Part shown: in pieces, positions 27,401 through 35,721 of the stretch
Position numbering within the stretch: position 1 is the first letter of the stretch
Layout of the letters: every line of letters starts with the position of its first letter
Assembly (NCBI GenBank): GCA_965235115.1
Contig: OZ249452.1
Location: 6,882,001 to 6,946,000, forward strand
Length of the DNA stretch: 64,000 bases
Direction: 5' to 3'
Source: Laetmonice hystrix
Lineage: Eukaryota
Notes under the pieces: model-generated
Databases searched by the model: none
The model's input: the letters and a program-made list of their open reading frames with translations, nothing else
What the model was told of the DNA's origin: nothing
Translations under genes and position numbers: made by a program

Positions 27401-29544
27401 ACCTCCTCCACCGTCCCATTAGGCCAAAGTGCCCGGATGACGGTAACCTCTGCAGCTACCCCTATGTGAACGTCTAATTCCGGTTTGTTGGACGCTGCCA
27501 CTGGGTGGAGCTGCAGTACAGCGTCTCTACAAGCTCTGACGTGATACCTGAATGTTTGTCGACCCTGGACGTTTAACCAATGAGTGTTGACGTTGCCTCG
27601 TGTTGTTAACATGAATTGGTTGTCTGTGGGGTTTCCCGGTTTGGTTTTAAGGAAAACAAATGTACAATTAACATAACGGTATTTGAACAAATCTGAACTT
27701 GGTACAAGGACACAAATGCGTTGTTGTAAAGAATTCAGTCTCCTTCTCTGTCTCCTTCTCCGTCTCCGTCCCCGTCTCCGTCTCTCTCTTTCTCTCTTTC
27801 TCTCTCGCTGTCTCTCTGTCTCTCTGTCTCTTTCTCTGCCCGTCTCTTCTCTGTCGCTGTCTGTGTGTCTCTCTTCTCTGTCTTTCTATCTCCCTCGCCC
27901 TCTCTTCTCTGTCTGTCTCTCTCTCTCTCCCCCTTCTTCCCTCCCTCCCTCTCTCTCTCTCTCTCTGTTTCTCTGTCTCTCTCTCCCCCCTCTCTCTCAC
28001 CAAGTGGCGCCATAATGCACCTAATATCGCTCACCATCCACTCCGCGGAAATGCCACTCCGTCCTCACGTTCCCGTACAGCCCGAGAGCTGTGATTGGAT
28101 GCTGCTCATCCGGGTTCCACCGTAAGAACCCACGGGCGCCCACCTTCAGACCTCTCCCCATCTCAATCACTCCTCCTGCCCAGCTCAGCCAGAAATACCG
28201 CGTCTCCTTCCCACTGAGAATCCCTTCCGTCTCCACCACGTGATCAAGAGCGTCCCCAATGTCCGACTTGATGACTGTCTTTGTGTTCTTGTCGTATCCA
28301 AGGATCACAAGGTGCACGTTCTCTTCCTGGCCCTCCGACTCACTGAGCAGGATCTTGGCGCGTTCTGAAGCTCGCACGCCGAACAGGAAGTGGTGTCGCC
28401 GAGTCTCGGTCAGCCACATCTCGCGAGCGTTGTTACCACGTGACGAGATGAAGACGTCACGACCTTTACAGCCGAAATTAGGAGAAAATACGAAACTGTG
28501 ACCAGAGCCCACCAAATTAAACTGTGGATGTCTATTCATTCGATAAAGTGTAAACAGGGGCCGTGCAGGTGCAGGTTTTGGCAGATGTTGGGGACCAACT
28601 GCACCCATACAGATGGACCTTGCCGTTTCATTTAAATTTGGATACTAGACAAATCATATATTGCCATATGTGCCCACGCTTAGATCTATGCTGGAGCTAG
28701 TAGGGAATTGCCATCATTTGAGGCGACAAGGAAACGGAAATAGCAAAATGACTACATTCATAACAGACCTGTGTCCCTGAGGAACCGCCATGTTGCCGCG
28801 TTGTCCGACCCACCGGAAACCGATAACGTCACCGGAAACAGAATCATCTCTGTGCTGGACAACAGTTTGTTTTTCCCGACCTCCCGTCCGGTCCCGACCG
28901 AGATACCCTCCGTCCAGTCCACCCAGAAGTCCGTGTAATTCTTGCAGTCCAAAACACCTGACATGTCTTCTTCTGCCATTGTTTCTCCGCTCACCCGACG
29001 TCGAAGTCGTATTTTATCGGCGTTCGTCCCGAGCGTAATCTCGTAGCCATATCCGGTTGAATCTCGTGGAATCTCAGAGAGGAAGAGATTTGCTTGCCGA
29101 CATGCTTTGACCCGGAATGTGACGGATTTGATGTTAGTAGTCAGCCAGGCGTATTTATAATCCTTTGATCCCTTGTTTGTGAAGATGGTGACGTGATCTG
29201 TTTCACGAAAAATAATGAAGCCATGCACCCTCGAGGCGTTATATATCTACTCACACCGCCGTCTAGGGATCTAGAAAGATGCTATAGATTATACATCTGA
29301 CGGACGATACGTATCAACATGGGATAATGCAATTTAACCAACGTGGTTTAGAATATGATTACATAAACCAACCTCCTAACAAAGGCTACAACGAACTTCA
29401 CATCTAATACCCAAACTTATACATGTACAGTGCAGACCGAATTGGTCGAGGATCAGATAATATTGTCGCTGCATACGTACCGTCATCTTCTCCAGTGACC
29501 TGACCAACCAGAATAACCACTAGCAAGTAAACAATGCTTTCCAT
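3254..29544 (-). CDS. Giant type I membrane protein, ~3853 aa: SP + 11x FAMeT-like + PAN/apple-like + 13x FAMeT-like + mucin stalk + TM + ITIM-like tail (46 coding exons)
   Basis: Exons in transcript order: 29481-29544, 28769-29197, 28035-28463, 27334-27623, 26779-26932, 26171-26611, 25328-25768, 24538-24984, 24006-24241, 23487-23727, 22731-23165, 22013-22471, 21441-21610, 21080-21341, 20504-20691, 20140-20222, 19840-19997, 19161-19406, 18766-18923, 18151-18436, 17150-17578, 16643-16844, 15934-16184, 15474-15678, 14812-15047, 13904-14167, 13641-13823, 13308-13402, 12675-13062, 12162-12354, 11722-11939, 11382-11602, 10884-11085, 10329-10636, 9833-9965, 9357-9559, 8702-8930, 8217-8406, 7498-7656, 7229-7329, 6682-6943, 5805-5980, 5164-5462, 4434-4587, 3831-4292, 3254-3435. 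All 45 introns have AG acceptors and GT (42) or GC (3) donors with matching phases; total 11,562 nt is divisible by 3. Recurrent motif F.V.AC..A.I.L...YEI.IG...N..S.I...TPGIL.C..F..FW..W....I.VG.G....L.W.D....V..V...W.F matches my recollection of Pfam Methyltransf_FA. Confidence 0.9.
3831..4292 (-). CDS. Ser/Thr/Pro-rich mucin-like stalk exon
   Basis: 154 codons, phase 1-1, PTS-rich, containing five TQPSTSP 7-aa repeats. Confidence 0.85.
3924..4034 (-). repeat. Coding 21-bp minisatellite (TQPSTSP x5)
   Basis: gtcgaaggctgggtcggtgag tandem units. Confidence 0.9.
4434..5462 (-). CDS. FAMeT-like domain 24 (2 exons)
   Basis: FHVMTAHDA...YEIHLG...GMLSVSEYRPFWITWVEN|TLNVGSG...SWMF. Confidence 0.88.
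4729..5112. repeat. Intronic 12-bp minisatellite (GGAGACGTAGAA)n
   Basis: Degenerate tandem units within the intron 4588-5163 that splits domain 24. Confidence 0.9.
5805..6943 (-). CDS. FAMeT-like domain 23 (2 exons)
   Basis: FRVRSCGDA...YEVVFG..DN...TPSFLSTSR|YTPVWVRW..ITAGQ...DWEI. Confidence 0.88.
7016..7202. repeat. (CT)n/(CTGT)n microsatellite
   Basis: Direct reading; intronic. Confidence 0.9.
7229..8406 (-). CDS. FAMeT-like domain 22 (3 exons)
   Basis: FRVKACHTT...LVIGSEGNTR|TVV...TPGVLKCRHFRTFWVTW..LAVGKG...ILT|YDE...SWEF. Confidence 0.88.
8702..9559 (-). CDS. FAMeT-like domain 21 (2 exons)
   Basis: FSVQSCRDA...VVLGGLNN...FEK|NTE...GLLDCDILKYFWISW..IAIGE...EWRV. Confidence 0.88.
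9833..10636 (-). CDS. FAMeT-like domain 20 (2 exons, internal GC-AG intron)
   Basis: FSVRSSDDV...LLDDRRFVYIWCQW...TFE|VGEGP...TWRF. Confidence 0.85.
9966..10328 (-). other. GC-AG intron (inside domain 20)
   Basis: GAA|GCAAGT in phase 0 restores the conserved E-VG-x-G motif; no nearby phase-0 GT. Confidence 0.75.
10884..11602 (-). CDS. FAMeT-like domain 19 (2 exons)
   Basis: FTVRGCSEG...YRLVLG..GN...FAM|DTPDILDCSQSRHFWVGW...DWSF. Confidence 0.88.
11722..12354 (-). CDS. FAMeT-like domain 18 (2 exons)
   Basis: VEIRSKWEA...YEIIVG..NN..TSIKK|G...GILSGTYFRPFWVTW..ISFGRG...EWQM. Confidence 0.88.
12355..12674 (-). other. GC-AG intron (between domains 17 and 18)
   Basis: GAAG|GCAAGT donor in phase 1; a weak GT alternative (G|GTAGTG) lies 12 nt upstream. 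Confidence 0.65.
12675..13402 (-). CDS. FAMeT-like domain 17 (2 exons)
   Basis: FRVK|ACQSA...YEVHFG...LLDCMSSRELWLSW...IQAGTG...QWVF; ends at a GC donor. Confidence 0.85.
13641..14167 (-). CDS. FAMeT-like domain 16 (2 exons)
   Basis: FRLRAAMGA...YEVVFG...VLDPHI|GSWFWIGW..IRVGRG...LWEF. Confidence 0.88.
14623..14730 (+). mobile_element. tRNA-derived SINE head (Pol III A and B boxes)
   Basis: A box TGGCCGAGTGG 14630-14640, B box GGTTCAATTCC 14696-14706; no intact cloverleaf acceptor stem seen. Confidence 0.55.
14812..15678 (-). CDS. FAMeT-like domain 15 (2 exons)
   Basis: FELRTCFTG...STITR|QPDG...LVDCESFRPFWVSW..VRVGRG...EWHV. Confidence 0.88.
15934..16844 (-). CDS. FAMeT-like domain 14 (2 exons)
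   Basis: FRVMACKDA...LVIGANENTESVIR|Q...GVLNCDVFKTFWLLW..IVVGQG...AWQF. Confidence 0.9.
16300..16595. mobile_element. Non-autonomous DNA element (hAT-like TIR CAGGGTTCCCACAG)
   Basis: 14-bp TIR cagggttcccacag/ctgtgggaaccctg, internal catgact repeats; TSD not evident. Confidence 0.7.
16947..17035. repeat. (TTTGG)n microsatellite
   Basis: Direct reading. Confidence 0.9.
17150..17578 (-). CDS. FAMeT-like domain 13 (single exon)
   Basis: FTVQACSSA...YRISIG..GN...TPHILKCNTTLTFWLRW..VSLGYG...RWEI. Confidence 0.9.
18151..18923 (-). CDS. FAMeT-like domain 12 (2 exons)
   Basis: FKVQACAEG...AYQ|ITIGGGNN...TPGILSCDAVKAFWVTW..ISVGKG...MWVF. Confidence 0.9.
19161..19406 (-). CDS. PAN/apple-like six-cysteine domain (single phase 1-1 exon)
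   Basis: EGQCNQSF...GSGCPVMRQIPAPSIEDCMNQACALGGNAINYNPNDCQVALCEDGDLALTSRPGGYDVY: S.EDC-x4-C, hydrophobic-NY, C..C pattern typical of PAN/apple modules. The exon itself is certain; the fold name is by recognition. Confidence 0.65.
19840..20691 (-). CDS. FAMeT-like domain 11 (3 exons)
   Basis: FRVRACRSA...IVIGGWENTK|VEI...PLNCDSFRR|FWISWEEGIVEVGSG...DWKF. Confidence 0.88.
21080..21610 (-). CDS. FAMeT-like domain 10 (2 exons)
   Basis: FTVKACACA...LEIRIR|EFDNT...GLLSCSEYHTFWVTW..LAVGQG...TWIV. Confidence 0.88.
21813..21944. other. Assembly gap (others at 23768-23940, 30355-30517, 41934-42143)
   Basis: Runs of N. Confidence 1.
22013..22471 (-). CDS. FAMeT-like domain 9 (single exon)
   Basis: FRVASCQHA...YEIYLG...VIECGELRKFRVRW...KWSV. 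Confidence 0.88.
22731..23165 (-). CDS. FAMeT-like domain 8 (single exon)
   Basis: FHLQACGVA...YEVVI...QDCKGEFEEFILSWDNGRVELG...IWQL. Confidence 0.88.
23487..24241 (-). CDS. FAMeT-like domain 7 (2 exons; N-gap inside the intron)
   Basis: FEVAIG...ENGSL|ALLQRVP...EYFWISWMNSLIEVGEG...QWQL; phase-0 junction. Confidence 0.8.
24280..24464. mobile_element. hAT-type MITE with 8-bp TSD
   Basis: TIR cagtgggggatccag/ctggattcccccactg, flanked by a perfect GATTGGGT duplication. Related CAG-ended, poly-G/C MITE relics near 7710-7910, 8080-8135, 25909-26077, 37652-37904, 54928-55227 and 62910-63091. Confidence 0.8.
24538..24984 (-). CDS. FAMeT-like domain 6 (single exon)
   Basis: LEVKASHDA...YEITLG..NN...GILNETEWKTFWVRW..FELGQG...SWRF. 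Confidence 0.9.
25328..25768 (-). CDS. FAMeT-like domain 5 (single exon)
   Basis: FQVRGAENA...VLDDSELRSFWVSV...VQVGRG...EWVF. Confidence 0.9.
26171..26611 (-). CDS. FAMeT-like domain 4 (single exon)
   Basis: FKVTACHSV...LLDCNVGRYFWVTW..VHAGR...VWQI. Confidence 0.9.
26612..26778 (-). other. GC-AG intron (between domains 3 and 4)
   Basis: CAAG|GCAAGT donor in phase 1, as the next acceptor requires; only a weak GT alternative (A|GTGGCC). Confidence 0.7.
26779..27623 (-). CDS. FAMeT-like domain 3 (2 exons)
   Basis: YHVRACRDA...VLSCDSFRSFWLHWK|ENNLTLSYG...EWQF; ends at a GC donor. Confidence 0.85.
27028..27270. repeat. GAA/GAG purine-rich simple repeat
   Basis: Direct reading; intronic in domain 3. 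Confidence 0.85.
27740..28000. repeat. CT-rich microsatellite
   Basis: Direct reading; intronic. Confidence 0.85.
28035..28463 (-). CDS. FAMeT-like domain 2 (single exon)
   Basis: FGVRASERA...ILGYDKNT...GILSGKETRYFWLSW..IEMGRG...WHF. Confidence 0.9.
28769..29197 (-). CDS. FAMeT-like domain 1 (single phase 1-1 exon)
   Basis: FRVKACRQA...YEITLG...VLDCKNYTDFWVDW...VGTG...WRF. Confidence 0.9.
29481..29544 (-). CDS. First coding exon, signal peptide MESIVYLLVVILVGQVTG-EDD
   Basis: accATGG context, hydrophobic core, small residues at -3/-1 (V-T-G), GTACGT donor in phase 1 that matches the next exon. Confidence 0.85.
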
Positions 29545-31593
29545 GGTAACATATTTTCAGTAAATAATCTCGGAGATTTTCTTTCTGGACCTGTATGTAT
29601 GCAGACAACCTCACAAGCCTTTCTACCAGTGCACAAGTTCAAATCTAAAGATGTTCAAGGTAAAGACGTTTTGTCAGTACAATTTTCGATTTTCGATTCT
29701 TTCTGCGCGCGAATGACCCTTCATAACAGATAGGAGAGATGTACAATGATAGACACGAGAACGGCAGGAATCCATACACTGGCTAGGATAAATTTGGACC
29801 TTGTTCTAACAGTTTACGTAGGAATCCATAATGTATTGGACATCACGGGTCTGAACCTGAACGGTTTACGCAAAAGAGACCCTTGAGAAGTCTGGGTACC
29901 TCCAAAGCTCCTAAACTGAACAGGGGTCCATGTGCTGATATGTTGGCCGGACGAGAGTTTTGAAAGGGAGAAATTAGAATTGATAGTTTTTTCCTTGTTA
30001 GTATATGGATCTTTTCGGTGTTTAACAGAATAGGCCTACGTGTATGCCGAAGAAGAGAAACGACGTATAAATATATCCCTCATTATGGACCTATAACAGG
30101 GCCCCTGAAGTGTATGCTACTGTACCAAGAAATAAATTCAATGTGATTATCAATAATTATCATTTTATCAGTCTTAATCAGCCAATATCACCGTGGCCAA
30201 TAAAGGAGGCAGTCACATCCTCTCCGCGAGCCAGATAATACACTGGGCCCCAGACCCTCTCGACAGCTCTCTCTCTCTCTCTCTCTGTCTCTTTCTCTCT
30301 CTCTCTGTCTCTCCCTGTCTGTAGGTCTCTCTCTCTGTATGTCTGTCTGACTCTNNNNNNNNNNNNNNNNNNNNNNNNNNNNNNNNNNNNNNNNNNNNNN
30401 NNNNNNNNNNNNNNNNNNNNNNNNNNNNNNNNNNNNNNNNNNNNNNNNNNNNNNNNNNNNNNNNNNNNNNNNNNNNNNNNNNNNNNNNNNNNNNNNNNNN
30501 NNNNNNNNNNNNNNNNNTATTTCTTTTGTATCCATTTTCTAAAAACTGAAAAATTGTTTCGTTTTTAAAGACTATTCATAACACTGAGCGTGGCACCAAT
30601 GATCATGCATCACAAGGTCACAATATAAGATAAGGAAGATTTTCTCTGCAAAGTGCTCAGAAACGTTTTAAGACGGAGAGTTGGCGGCTGTGTTCGTGCG
30701 AGCCCGAGGCGTTCGGCTCCATTACAATCAGACATCGAAGCACGTCACTGCCATGGCACGCCGACCTGAAGCAATAACGGCTATCTACTCGCTACGATCT
30801 ATCAATGTTCGTCTGGAGGACACACAGCAGACTGGGACGGCGACCCGACCACAGCGCCCCCTGTCGAGAGAAGCTCTCTTTGGTAGTCGCTTCCGGTCCC
30901 TGTAATGAGGTCAGGGCACAGGAGCGAGGCTGGTCGAGTGACGACATGAAGTTTGGAAAATGAAAACGAACAGGTCAGCTGTCGCTAATAATTATATAAG
31001 ATGAGTTGAGTAGGCTTCATGGTTCGGCCATCTTAAAGGGACAAGAAAAGAAAGGGGACATTTTACGATAAACTTGGCACCTTTAATTTTATTATGACAA
31101 AGAGGACGTTGTTTGCTAAGCATAAACCGTAGGACTCTTATCCTCTGTATGCTAGCAAGTCTCTGTTAACTGAATTAAGGCAGGGTTGTCGGAACCGTAG
31201 GCAGCCGAAAATTGCTGGGGAGGGGGCAGACCTAGGGTTCAGAAGGGCACCCTCATTACAAGGATGAATTCACACGCTTGAAAAGGGCACCTGATCGTAA
31301 AAAGGACACTTTTTCACCATGACCAGCCCCCCCCCCCCCCATACGGCCCTGGCTAGGTGGGACAGGTTCCCCCCCGTTAAGTGTCCAGGAAAAAATATAA
31401 AAGATCAAACGTTAGGGTCAGTAATAAAAATATGGAATCTTATCTGAGGTCAAATTAAACCATTCCCAATCTCTCCAAAATAACTTCAAACTCCGTAAAC
31501 ATATAGGCCTACATCTGGAATGACTTGGTTCGGCTTATATATTATACAAAATATACTTTAATACATTCTAAAAATACGACATTCCACTGATGT

Positions 31594-31938
31594 TTACTCT
31601 CCATCGCCTTTGCGAACAGTATATCGTGAAAAGGTTCTGAATACAATGCGACACGTAGACAAGAGTAGGATTCCGATGACAATTACAAGCACAACGACTT
31701 TAATCATTTGTAGTTCATTAATCGACAACCAGGGGGCAGTAGTACCGGCAGGCCCAGCAGCTGATGTCTGGTTGCCCTTAGACACTATGTCCTCATAAAA
31801 GCTCAGATTTCCGGGTTGGGAGTCGTTAGACTGTACCACATCCATGAATTCTTCTTCGCCTCCTGCTCTGTAGGTGCTATCCACATCCGGTTGTGATCCA
31901 TCGTCAAGTTGAGAAGTTACTTTCGTACAAAGTGGCAT
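31594..31938 (-). CDS. Uncharacterised 114-aa single-pass membrane protein (no signal peptide)
   Basis: Acidic N-terminal region with N-x-S/T sequons (NDS, NLS, NQT), TM IKVVVLVIVIGILLLSTC, basic tail RIVFRTFSRYTVRK, TAA at 31594-31596. Frame is open upstream to ~32076 with no ATG, so a spliced N-terminal extension is possible. Confidence 0.7.
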   Translation of the reverse strand: MPLCTKVTSQLDDGSQPDVDSTYRAGGEEEFMDVVQSNDSQPGNLSFYEDIVSKGNQTSAAGPAGTTAPWLSINELQMIKVVVLVIVIGILLLSTCRIVFRTFSRYTVRKGDGE

Positions 31939-33402
31939 TATAAAAGTTGTTCCGCTTCCGAAGAAGTTGTGATTTGTAAAGATACTCCAAACCAGGTCTG
32001 TGCTGTATTTACTAGCGTTCTTAGGATTTCCCGCATTCCGGATTGGACAACATAAAACAACGATATGTACAGTAACCTATTATTCAACTTTTACATGGTT
32101 GATGAGGTCCATGTAGAAACATGTAGCCCTAACGATGTAGTTTCGCATTCACCGATGTCCGTTTGTTGTATAATAAACATCTGCAAAAAAGGAAATATAC
32201 CAAATTAGTATTCACATAGGAGAAGTGGCCTACTTTCTGTTATGTAGGCCTACAGGGGCAGGATTAAACTGCCTCGTCACTAAGCCCCCGTGGACAAACC
32301 TCAATGTCTTGCAGTTATAGGGTACATAACCATTCTGCGGTTTCTGTTAACAGACATTGTTACCATGGCAACGTAACCACAGTTAAAATTCGCTGCCGGA
32401 GCTCCCAGCAAACTCTTAAACACAACGTTTTCGCCACATTTATTATGTGGTGAAAACATGCAACGTTGTAAAAACGTTATGTTTCTTGGGAGGGATCCTG
32501 ATGGCATTATGGTCCTGGCGTGTTTTCTTGGGGTGTTAAACAGCCATGTGTTAAATCTCTGTTAAACCCGATAACGCGCAGAGGGTCTCTTATAGTGTAA
32601 AAGAAATCCCTTGTCAGGGGCGCCTTTTAAATCTCATGTAAGATCACAGTTTAGATATAAGAGTACATGTGCACCGAATCCATGAATTCAGTACACGCGG
32701 TGTTTCTTGGCTATAGTGGCTGGCGCTGAACTGTAGTACAATCGCCATCATGGCAAATACGACAAAAGGTAGTCCATAATTTTTAGAAGTAAACATTAAA
32801 GCTCGGGATAGAAAATAACCTTTTGGACGTGAAACGTCATAGACCACTTGTCGACAAACGGAAGATCAGAGAAAGAATAAAACTTGTTCAACAGATAATG
32901 GTTTCCTATTTTGTATATAAATGCAAGGAAGGAAAGACACTTTGAATTATATACCCACTGCTTATCATAGCATAATGTTATTTCCGAATTTTATCAAGGT
33001 CTTTTTGTTTCCTTGTAAAAGGCCTGAAAACAATAAGATATTAAAAGCATAGCAAACCTGTATTCTTGATTCCCATGTGTTACGATGAAGGAAGTAATTT
33101 TCACGTTACAAGATGTCAAATGTAGGCCTTGTGTGTTCAGTGCATGCATGAACGTAGCATACTTCAGTCGGCCGCTGTGAGGGGGTGTGTCAGTACCACA
33201 GTGCACACCTTCCTCCCGTACCCTCCCCTCTTTCGTTCCTTCTCCAGCACGTGCCGGGTTTTCATCCAAGAATAGAGTACATTGCGCATGCGCATGAGCT
33301 AACCTCGTTTTCGGGAAGTATGTGCCCTGACGTTGAAGCGATATTGTCCCGCTATAGGTCTTATTGCTGGTAGTGTATGCTCTCTCTCTGTCTCTCTCTG
33401 TC

Positions 33403-33449
<47 letters not shown>

Positions 33450-34080
33450 GGGCTTGCACGCGGCAGACAACACCGTTACGTAACGTTAGCCGGAGAGGGA
33501 ACGCTGCAGTCACCGACGGAGTATTATGAAAATAAACGAATGTGCTACACGTGGGCGAAATGTAGTTATTTTCTCAGTCAAAAGCATAAGAAAGGTCAGA
33601 AAGGTGGGAAGAGCCGATTACAGCACTATTATGTACTATTAATGATGGCAAAAAGTTCCTCTAGATAACCAGTTCACCATAACATGTAGAGTTCTAGGCC
33701 TACCCAAATTTACGACAGCATATTATTTCATACACGTTTCCTCAATCTCTTGGTCGACTCTGGTATTTATGTAGACCTAACTGATATAGATAATATGGCA
33801 TACCAAGTAGTTGTTTACATGCCAACCCGACGTTAATATGTCGATGCCACAGCAGAATTGTTGTCGAAGTCTGCAACCCATCACTTTCAACCAAGGGGCC
33901 GAGTGACTTGATTATTTTTTGGCGCGAGTTGCCTTGGAGACGAGCCTAGACAACGTCACAGTCAAGATTGCGATGAAATTCACCGATACACAGAGCAGTG
34001 ATGTTATAATGCATTGATATGTTGTGCCAAGTAGATAGTGTACATGGGTAGCCTAACCTGGCGTTGACGACAAACACCTG

Positions 34081-34249
34081 GGGTGCGTTTCAATATTGCC
34101 CAAAGATATCTTTGAAAACCTCGCTGGAGCCAGGTGTGAGGTTTTTATTGAAACACTCGCTCTCCACCTTTTCAGACTGCACTAGTCCAAAAGATATCTT
34201 TGACAAAGACATCTTTGGCAAAGAGATCTTTTGATATTGAAACGCACCC
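34081..34249. mobile_element. PIF/Harbinger-type MITE
   Basis: TIR gggtgcgtttcaatat/atattgaaacgcaccc, flanked by a CTG 3-bp duplication; internal aaagatatcttt repeats. Confidence 0.7.
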
Positions 34250-35721
34250 CTGGTGTGAAGATATGTATGTATATAAAGCGAAGATCTTGTCCCGGGAGCA
34301 GCAATCCCGGGCAGGCGATGTAGGAGACGCCAAGGTTGGCGTTCGACTCTCAGATCTGTGTAAACAAAGACTAAGATTCCACATGTGTGCCTCGGGAGGC
34401 AGTTCGACAGGTTTCGTTTTACTGTACAAGCTACAATGACTTGCGCACACTATAGAAAACAACAACCCCAGAATATCCTATATCAGGGTGGGCGTACGAA
34501 AAAAAAAGGGGGGGGGGTCCAAAGATGAAGGTGGGTTAACCTTGGAAAATATGGCAAACAGTGGAAACGTTATATCACGTATAGTCCGGAAGTCCGTGCG
34601 GTTTGTAAGCCTACTGAATGAAAAGGTGCTGGGGTCACTTCCTGTGAAAACGTCTCGACAAGATCTCGTTGTTTCACGTACGCTGTTCACGTAATTCCGG
34701 GAATGTAGTCACAACAGTATCTATACGTTAAGTAGAGTTCCATTAGTGTTTCAACAGGAGGCGCCTATCTTGATGTCTACCTATCAGCGGAAGGTTTTAG
34801 CGCGGCTAAAGTAGCAGTAAGTTTCGGACGTAAACCACACAGTGTTGTCTCAGGTCATGTGCTGTCGAGTCTTCCCGGGGCAAGGTCTCGAACGTGTGAA
34901 TGTCTTCTCTTTCATTAAACTTATCGGAAACCTACAATGTATACAGTCAGATTAGAAATCAATGCTCCTAATAATTGAATCCCCCATGCTAATATTCTCA
35001 CAAAATTGGGGGTAGATGTTAGGGTTAATAGGGATACGTTCTGGAGGAGAACGTTTAAGGGCTAGGTTTGAGACTAGGAATAATGATAACTTTTAGAGTA
35101 GGGGTGGGGTGTGTAATATGTTTGGACGGTTTGGAACTTTGATCACGAAGACACACACGCACATACAAAACACCTGTCAGAGTCTGGTGGCTCTCATTTC
35201 AAATTCCATCGGGCTGCTGTTGCCGAGAGCTTCGATCAACACGGATGATGGAAGGCTTCGTGTGTTGCATTAAGTGTGTCAATGCAATTTTTCATCTTAA
35301 AAAGGGAACCTGTCCCACTTGTTGACAATGTCAATGTCATAATAACAAAGTGACTGAATACCATACAATATAGTGGGAAGGGCAATTCTTACTTCTTTTT
35401 AAAAAGCTGGCCTACAATATTAAGCCAAGTCTTGATTGGTCACTTGGATTGGCCACTGTGATCTATATTTTAGAAAAAAGGGTCTGGACGCAAACGCCTA
35501 TCTAGGTTACACGAACACGATGACCGTGATAGAAAACGATCATTGGCGCTGATTGGACGAGCGCGGCAATGTGACCTAGAAACCTAGACCTTACTCTGGG
35601 CCTCTGCTCTAAATGCCGCCCCGCGAAGCGAGAGAGTCAGGGGACCCACCTAGGTCATATCCAAATATGTGAAGGCAGGTCAGGGTGCTGACATCTGGTG
35701 GCATGTCCAGTCCATCTATCC

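Noticed and set aside
27668-28125. Several ORFs rich in ER/SL repeats (also 6909-7214, 27145-27345, 32994-33668)
   Set aside because: Microsatellite translation artefacts
4434-29197. Calling the gene a juvenile-hormone methyltransferase (FAMeT/JHAMT) or CPAMD8
   Set aside because: No SAM-binding motif seen; secreted/TM architecture; no alpha-2-macroglobulin domains. No gene symbol assigned.
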